Assembly (NCBI GenBank): GCA_964563155.1
Contig: CAZLVL010000001.1
Coordinates: 88,008 to 120,007 of the forward strand
Direction of reading: 5' to 3'
Source of the DNA: an uncultured Clostridiaceae bacterium
Lineage (GTDB): Bacteria; Bacillota; Clostridia; DUPQ01
Length of the DNA stretch: 32,000 bases
The notes beneath the pieces were generated by a model that saw nothing but the letters and a program-made list of their open reading frames with translations, searched no databases and was not told the origin of the DNA. Positions 26,329 to 32,000 of this stretch are shown here, piece after piece. Made by a program: the position numbers and the translations under genes. Every line of letters starts with the position of its first letter. Positions within the stretch are counted from its first letter, which is position 1.

Positions 26329-26457
26329 TGCTCCATCGAAGTGAGATTAATCTCTATAGTCTCATTGTTTTTTTTCAAATAGGTTGCAAGAAGCGACTAG
26401 AAGTCTGAAGGGAAGCAGGAAAAACTTAATATTTTTTAGTGCATAAGGAGGAGTCTT

Positions 26458-26802
26458 ATGTTTGTTGGTCTTTTGAATAATTCAAAGATAATTACAAACG
26501 GCATGGATAAGTGTTTTTTGCGTAACCAAATACTTTCAACCAACCTTGCCAACACTGAAACCCCTGAGTTTAAAGCCAAGGACTTGTTTATCAATGTCTT
26601 AAATCCGCTTACAAGTAAGGGGGAAATTAACTACTTAATTGAGGAAAGAAGTGATGTATCACCTAAAGAAAATGGTAATACAGTAGATATGGCCAAGGAA
26701 ATGACCTCTTTGGTTGAAAATGTTCTTGAGTACAATGCTCTAGTTCAGGCCATGTCAAAAAACATTAGCCACATTGAGTACGCATTAGGAGACAGGAGGT
26801 AA
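26458..26802 (+). CDS. flgB: Flagellar basal-body rod protein FlgB
   Basis: 114 aa with an AAGGAGG SD and the rod-protein motif LSTNLANTETPEFKAKD. First gene of the flgB-flgC-fliE order. Confidence 0.85.
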   Translation: MFVGLLNNSKIITNGMDKCFLRNQILSTNLANTETPEFKAKDLFINVLNPLTSKGEINYLIEERSDVSPKENGNTVDMAKEMTSLVENVLEYNALVQAMSKNISHIEYALGDRR

Positions 26803-26804
26803 AA

Positions 26805-27233
26805 ATGTCTAGTATTGCAGCTTTTGGAATCAGTTCACAAGCCTTATCGGTTTATCAAATGAAATTAAACATAATTTCACAAAATATTGCTAATGCAGAT
26901 ACCATTCAAACCGATACCCAAGAACCCTATCAAAGAAGAGTGGCAGACCTTGTTCAAAAGCCTCTTTTTAGTGCAGTTTTTGAGGATGTTAAAAACAATA
27001 AAGAGGTCATAAGTGTGGATATTGAAAGTATCAAACAAGATACCACCCCCTTTCAAAGGGTTTATGACCCTGGTAATCAGTACGCTGACCAAGAAGGTTA
27101 TATAACAAAATCCAACGTAGATACTACCAAAGAAATGTTGGACTTATTGGCAGTAAGTAGGGCCTATGAAGCTAATCTAATGGCCTTTAACATTACAAAA
27201 GATATGGTCAATAGATCAATTGACATATTATAA
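26805..27233 (+). CDS. flgC: Flagellar basal-body rod protein FlgC
   Basis: 142 aa with ISQNIANADT at the N-terminus and SNVDTTKEMLDLLAVSRAYEAN at the C-terminus. Confidence 0.9.
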   Translation: MSSIAAFGISSQALSVYQMKLNIISQNIANADTIQTDTQEPYQRRVADLVQKPLFSAVFEDVKNNKEVISVDIESIKQDTTPFQRVYDPGNQYADQEGYITKSNVDTTKEMLDLLAVSRAYEANLMAFNITKDMVNRSIDIL

Positions 27234-27244
27234 GGAGATTAATC

Positions 27245-27565
27245 ATGGCTATACAAAATATTAATGCAATACAAAGCCTGCAAAATATTCAAAATGTATC
27301 TAAGTTGGCAGGCGATGCTAGTATTAATGCAAAAAATGGAGACAAACTCCAATTTGGCAGTATCTTTGATGACTTGTTAAAAAATGTAGCCCAAGCTGAA
27401 ATTAAAAATCAAGAGAATCTTAATTTGCTAGTAACCGGTGATGTGCTGGAGATAACAAAGGCCTTAGTTGGCATGGCAGAGGCAGACCTAACTATAAAGT
27501 TTGCTATGGAAGTTAGAAATAAGGTTGTTGATGCATATAAAGAAATTATGCAAATGCAAGTATAA
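27245..27565 (+). CDS. fliE: Flagellar hook-basal body complex protein FliE
   Basis: 106 aa with the characteristic C-terminal A.VGMAEADLTIKFAMEVRNKVVDAYKEIMQMQ, in the position after flgC. Confidence 0.85.
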   Translation: MAIQNINAIQSLQNIQNVSKLAGDASINAKNGDKLQFGSIFDDLLKNVAQAEIKNQENLNLLVTGDVLEITKALVGMAEADLTIKFAMEVRNKVVDAYKEIMQMQV

Positions 27566-27577
27566 AGGGGAATCTTA

Positions 27578-29083
27578 ATGGCTGATGCATTAAAATCAAA
27601 CTTATCAAAAATCAAGGAATATTGGGATAGTTTAGAGAGTAAACGAAAAAATAGCTTAGTATTAATTGGTCTCATCTTTTTAATAGGACTGGTCTTTTTA
27701 GTAGTTCTTGTTACAAGACCTACCTACACAACCCTCTACACAAATTTGGATGTATATGAAGCTGGAGAAATTTACTCAAAATTAACCGAAATGGGAGCAG
27801 ATATAAAGCTTAAAAATGATACTACCCTTCTAATAAATGAAAAACAAGCTGATTCATACCGAATGCTTATGGCAAAAGAAGGTTATCCCAAAAGTGGTTT
27901 TAATTATGACCTTTATACTGACAACATTGGTATGGGAGTATCAGAAAATGAAAAGCAAACCTTCTATATCTTCCAAGTCCAAGAAAGGTTACAAAACACA
28001 ATTAAAACCCTAAAGGGAGTAAAAAATGCCATTGTAACCATAAGTAAACCTGAAGAGACCATTTTTGTTTTAGCCAGCCAGCAAAAACCAATAACAGCAG
28101 CCATAGTAATAGACCTTGAAACATCCAGCCTTTCAGCAGCTAATGTAAAAGCAATAGAGCATTTAGTAGAAAAAAGCATGTCTGGCCTTTTAAAGGAAAA
28201 CATTACCATCATAGATTCACAGATGAACATTCTAAACAGACGGACCGATACAAATATTGGAGTAGCTTCTGAAAAATATGAATTACAAAGAGGTCTTGAA
28301 ATGGAGATAGAAGAAAAAATCCTTTCCATGATAGAACCAATTTATGGCATTGGCAATGTAAAAACCGCTGCTAATGTTAAGGTTAATTTTGATTCCATAA
28401 GCGAAGAAAGGGTTGAGTTTAATCCTGTTAATGATGACCAAGGTATCCCCTACTCTGTAACCGAAAGAAGTGAATCCATTAAAGAGGCTAGTCCAGCTAC
28501 TTTGGATGAAAACAATAACCTCTTTTTAGAAAATGATGCTGCTTCACAAGAAAGGTCTGTTTTGTATTATGTTAATCAAAGTACCAAGGTTTTAGCTTAT
28601 GAACAAGGGATTGTTGAAGACATTAAGTTATCAATAATAATAAACAGTGTGGCAATTGCAGATGAAGTACTAGAAAACATCAGAGTAATGGCAGCAAATG
28701 CCATAGGTTCAAAAGAAAGCAATGTTGTGGTTCAAGCTCTTGAGTTTACAGAAAAAATGAATATGGAAAGCAACCTAAAAGATGCTGAGAAAACCCAACC
28801 TAAAATGTCTTTAATATACGATAAGGACTTTGTTCTAAAAGTCGCTACCCTCTTTTCAGTTTTTCTCTTAGGTCTTTTAGCAATTTTAGTCTTTAGAAAA
28901 AGTATCCTTACCTTAAAACCAAAATTTGAGAAAAAACCTGAAATTATTGATACAGCCTTCTTAGAAGAGCTAGGTTCCAAAAAAGATCCTGAAGAACAAT
29001 ATAGGGATGAGATTGATAAATATGTGGAAAAGAACCCACAAGGAGTAGCTGACATACTAAAGAAATGGATGCATGAGGAGTAA
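27578..29083 (+). CDS. fliF: Flagellar M-ring protein FliF
   Basis: 501 aa. An N-terminal TM helix is followed by YTTLYTNLD..EAGEIYSKLTEMG, then a second TM helix near the C-terminus. Operon position fits. Confidence 0.9.
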   Translation: MADALKSNLSKIKEYWDSLESKRKNSLVLIGLIFLIGLVFLVVLVTRPTYTTLYTNLDVYEAGEIYSKLTEMGADIKLKNDTTLLINEKQADSYRMLMAKEGYPKSGFNYDLYTDNIGMGVSENEKQTFYIFQVQERLQNTIKTLKGVKNAIVTISKPEETIFVLASQQKPITAAIVIDLETSSLSAANVKAIEHLVEKSMSGLLKENITIIDSQMNILNRRTDTNIGVASEKYELQRGLEMEIEEKILSMIEPIYGIGNVKTAANVKVNFDSISEERVEFNPVNDDQGIPYSVTERSESIKEASPATLDENNNLFLENDAASQERSVLYYVNQSTKVLAYEQGIVEDIKLSIIINSVAIADEVLENIRVMAANAIGSKESNVVVQALEFTEKMNMESNLKDAEKTQPKMSLIYDKDFVLKVATLFSVFLLGLLAILVFRKSILTLKPKFEKKPEIIDTAFLEELGSKKDPEEQYRDEIDKYVEKNPQGVADILKKWMHEE

Positions 29084-29085
29084 CC

Positions 29086-30108
29086 ATGGAAAACCTTAAG
29101 ATGTCAAATTTAAATATTTCTGGAAAACAAAAGGCTGCATACCTTCTAATAATGTTAGGAAAAAGCCAGGCTTCAAAGCTTATGAGATTTTTTAATGAAG
29201 AAGAAATCAAAACAATAACCTTTGAAATAGTAAATCACAACACCATTGATAAACCAGATAGAATGGTCATTTTGCAAGACTTCTATAACAGCTGCCTAGC
29301 TAAAACCTATATTGACAAAGGGGGCATAGATTATGCCAAAGAAATCCTTTATGAAACCATGGGACCTCAAAAAGCATTAGAGCTCATAAATGACATGATG
29401 GATTTAGAAAAATCAAAACCCTTTGATTTTATGAAAGATATTGATCCTATAGAAGTTTTTAACTATCTACAATTTGAAAATGATCAAACCATAGCCTTTA
29501 TACTTTCATATTTAAAAAACAATCAAGCAGCTGCTGTTTTATCCATGTTACCCAGAGAAAGACAAGCCAATGTCTCAGTTAAAATTGCCTTAATGGATAA
29601 AATTTCCCCAGACATTATTAAAGAAATTGAAAGTGTTATGGGAGAAAAATTTACCAGACCTGGTGCTCAAGCCTATACAAAAACTGAAGGTATTGAAATC
29701 TTAGTAAATATTCTCAACTCGGTTGATAGAAGTACAGAAAAACAAATCTTTGAAATGCTAGAAGAGGAAAATGACAATTTAGCTGGAGAAGTCAAAAAGA
29801 GAATGTTTGTATTTGAAGATATCATCAACCTGGGTGATAAGGAAATTCAAAGATTCTTAGTGGAAGTAGATACAAAGGATTTAGCAATTTCCTTAAAAAC
29901 AGCTACTGAAGAACTAAAAGATTTAATACTAAAGAATCTTTCCAAGAGAGCTCGTCAAATTGTTGTAGAAGAAATGAATCTTTTGGGTCCTGTTAGATTA
30001 AGTGAGATTGAAAAATCTCAACAAGAACTGGTTAGTGTTATAAGGGCATTAGATGAAAAGGGAGACATTCTAATCAGAAAAACCGGCGATGACAAGATCA
30101 TAGATTAA
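29086..30108 (+). CDS. fliG: Flagellar motor switch protein FliG
   Basis: 340 aa with GKQKAAYLLIMLG, MFVFEDI and LSKRARQIVVEEM. Confidence 0.9.
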   Translation: MENLKMSNLNISGKQKAAYLLIMLGKSQASKLMRFFNEEEIKTITFEIVNHNTIDKPDRMVILQDFYNSCLAKTYIDKGGIDYAKEILYETMGPQKALELINDMMDLEKSKPFDFMKDIDPIEVFNYLQFENDQTIAFILSYLKNNQAAAVLSMLPRERQANVSVKIALMDKISPDIIKEIESVMGEKFTRPGAQAYTKTEGIEILVNILNSVDRSTEKQIFEMLEEENDNLAGEVKKRMFVFEDIINLGDKEIQRFLVEVDTKDLAISLKTATEELKDLILKNLSKRARQIVVEEMNLLGPVRLSEIEKSQQELVSVIRALDEKGDILIRKTGDDKIID

Positions 30109-30181
30109 ATAAATAGAAAGAAAGAAGAAGCATTAAAAGCAAGAAAAAAAGGCCGATGAATTAATTATAGGGGGAAAAAAA

Positions 30182-30907
30182 GTGAGTGAATTATTAAAAG
30201 GTGATAGTGTAGTAATGGCAAGCAATAAGTACCATATATGTTTTACAGAAACTTGTAGTCAACCTATTAGTCTAAAAAACTATGAAGAAAGTAGCATAAA
30301 CAAGGAACAAAAAGAATCTGTTTTAATGTTCAAGCAAAATACAATTCATGAAGCAGAGGTTACTGCAACTAAAATCTTGTGTGAAGCAAAAGAAAAAGCC
30401 GACAACATAATTCAAGAGGCAATAAAAGAAAAAGAGGAAAAATACAAGAGAGGCTATGAAGAGGGCTTAAAAAAAGCTGAACAAGAAACAAAAGAAGCTC
30501 TTGAAAGGATAAATGAAAGTTTTTTAGATCTCTTAAAGACTAAAAAAGAAATAATTGAAAACTCAGCCCAAGAGGTTCTTAATTTAGCTCTATGTATAAG
30601 TCAAAGAATATTAAATGAAAAAATTACACTTTGTCCAGACAGTGTAAGATTATGCTTTGAAAGAGCTATAGATGATATTGTCAGTAAGGGCTATGAAATT
30701 GTTTGTATTCGTCTTAATAAAACTAATATTGATAAGTTTTATCCCAGTTGGGAAATAGAAGATTACATGATCAAAATTAAGCATGACCCCAGACTTTCTG
30801 ATACTTCTTGTATAGTGGAAACTGACACAGGTGACATTGATATAGGGATGATGACTCAATATGAGGAAATATCCTGCAAGCTACTTTCTTTTTCTAAGCA
30901 TGAATAG
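30182..30907 (+). CDS. fliH: Flagellar assembly protein FliH
   Basis: 241 aa from GTG with an AGGGGG SD 7 nt upstream. It has a Glu/Lys-rich coiled region and lies between fliG and fliI. The start codon is uncertain (alternative ATG at 30215). Confidence 0.7.
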   Translation: MSELLKGDSVVMASNKYHICFTETCSQPISLKNYEESSINKEQKESVLMFKQNTIHEAEVTATKILCEAKEKADNIIQEAIKEKEEKYKRGYEEGLKKAEQETKEALERINESFLDLLKTKKEIIENSAQEVLNLALCISQRILNEKITLCPDSVRLCFERAIDDIVSKGYEIVCIRLNKTNIDKFYPSWEIEDYMIKIKHDPRLSDTSCIVETDTGDIDIGMMTQYEEISCKLLSFSKHE

Positions 30908-32000
30908 AATTAAATTAGACAAGTTTATAGATATTGCACAAGAAGCCTCCTATTACAGAACCTACGGTGAAGTAAAAAAAATCGTAGGCGATAGCATTGA
31001 AAGCAATGGCCCACGGGCTCAAATAGGAGAGATTTGTAAAATCGTAAAAAAGCATTCTTCTGACACTGATGATTTTGTCTTAGCTGAGGTTGTTGGCTTT
31101 ATAGACAAGAAGCTTTTACTCATGCCCTTTGGTGATATAAAGGGTATAAACAATGGGGATAAAATATTTGCTACAGGTCAACAGTTGCAAATAAAGATAA
31201 GTGATGACCTCATAGGAAAGGTCTTAGATGGTCTAGGAAATCCAGTAAGAAAAGAGCAAATAAAGGATTTTGAAATGAGAAATGCATATGCTGACTCTCC
31301 AGATCCTTTTTCTAGAAAAAGAATAACCCAAGCCCTACCCTTAGGAATAAAGGCCATTGACTCTCTTTTAACCTGCGGTAAAGGACAAAGACTAGGAATA
31401 TTTTCTGGTACTGGAGTGGGAAAAAGTACACTTTTAGGAATGATAGCCAGAAACTCTTCTGCTGATATTAATGTTATAGCCCTAGTAGGAGAAAGAGGTA
31501 GAGAGGTTAATGACTTCATAGAAAAGGACTTAGGACCTGAAGGCCTTAAAAAATCTATTTTAGTGGTAGCCACTTCCGACCAGCCAGCAATAGTTAGAAT
31601 AAAAAGTGCTATGGTAGCAACAGCAATTGCAGAGTATTTTAGGGACAAAAACAAGAATGTCCTTCTTATGATGGATTCTTTGACAAGATTTGCTATGGCT
31701 CAAAGGGAGGTTGGCCTTGCAGCGGGAGAGCCACCTGTAGCTAGGGGCTATACCCCTTCTGTATTATCTGTCCTTCCTAAACTTTTAGAAAGAACAGGCT
31801 ATAATGACAAATCTTGTATTACAGCTATCTATACAGTTTTGGTAGAAGGAGATGAAATGAATGAACCCATATCAGATACTGTAAGAGGAATCTTAGATGG
31901 CCACATTGTCTTATCCAGGACCATTGCCTCTAGAAATCATTTTCCTGCTATTGATGTCTTAGCCAGTATTAGTAGGGTTATGCCAGATGTTGTGGAAAAA
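30900..32000 (+). CDS. fliI: Flagellum-specific ATPase FliI (N-terminal 367 codons; continues past the right window edge)
   Basis: Not in the ORF track (no stop in the window). ATG 30900 overlaps the end of fliH. It reads MNRIKLDKFIDIAQEASYYRTYGEVKKIVG, with Walker A FSGTGVGKST near 31400 and LLMMDSLTRFAMAQREV. Confidence 0.9.
   Translation, partial: MNRIKLDKFIDIAQEASYYRTYGEVKKIVGDSIESNGPRAQIGEICKIVKKHSSDTDDFVLAEVVGFIDKKLLLMPFGDIKGINNGDKIFATGQQLQIKISDDLIGKVLDGLGNPVRKEQIKDFEMRNAYADSPDPFSRKRITQALPLGIKAIDSLLTCGKGQRLGIFSGTGVGKSTLLGMIARNSSADINVIALVGERGREVNDFIEKDLGPEGLKKSILVVATSDQPAIVRIKSAMVATAIAEYFRDKNKNVLLMMDSLTRFAMAQREVGLAAGEPPVARGYTPSVLSVLPKLLERTGYNDKSCITAIYTVLVEGDEMNEPISDTVRGILDGHIVLSRTIASRNHFPAIDVLASISRVMPDVVEK

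Noticed and set aside
26222-26457. c-di-GMP riboswitch or invertible flagellar switch upstream of flgB (as in C. difficile)
   Set aside because: I found no GEMM-I core sequences (GGCAAACC, GACGCAAAGCC-type blocks). I also found no ~20 bp inverted repeats flanking a ~150 bp segment. Only the short palindromes reported above are present.
31178-31654. 158 aa minus-strand ORF
   Set aside because: It is antisense to fliI, whose Walker A and family motifs are unambiguous in the plus frame.
1-32000. Mobile elements, CRISPR arrays, tRNA/rRNA genes, defence islands
   Set aside because: Every intergenic gap over 100 bp is accounted for by promoters, leaders or terminators. I saw no long direct or inverted repeats and no transposase, integrase or Cas-like ORFs.

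Overview
AT-rich chromosomal segment from a low-GC Firmicute (Clostridia-like), densely coded with mostly housekeeping and cell-envelope genes. I saw no rRNA, tRNA, CRISPR, IS or prophage signatures. Minus strand, left to right: an edge-truncated ORF missing from the supplied track (secreted Cys/His-rich tandem-repeat protein), an SLH-domain wall protein, an HD hydrolase, a lipoprotein, a small ORF, SanA and a NanA-like aldolase. Then come an M29 aminopeptidase, a GT4-CsaB (pyruvyl transferase) fusion and a GT2-GtrA fusion, followed by rlmH, a walJ-like MBL hydrolase and a NUDIX gene. Three cis-regulatory RNAs can be read directly. (1) A ydaO-type c-di-AMP riboswitch precedes an RCK-less cation/proton antiporter plus a PII-like protein. 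(2) A Trp (UGG) T-box precedes a COG2984-type ABC importer (TrpXYZ-like). (3) A minus-strand T-box precedes a divergent MetRS-fold enzyme. A heterodimeric ABC exporter with one degenerate ATP site (BmrCD/TM287-288 type) sits behind a leader with a promoter, mini-ORFs and a hairpin. A GH130 phosphorylase-HAD pair and a GNAT-like gene precede the start of the main flagellar operon (flgB-flgC-fliE-fliF-fliG-fliH-fliI'). The best leads are the MetRS-like enzyme, whose methionine-pocket and KMSKS residues are replaced and whose T-box specifier register does not read AUG; the Cys/His repeat protein; and the c-di-AMP riboswitch/antiporter/PII-like module. All calls come from reading the sequence by eye and from remembered family motifs. 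No database search was run.
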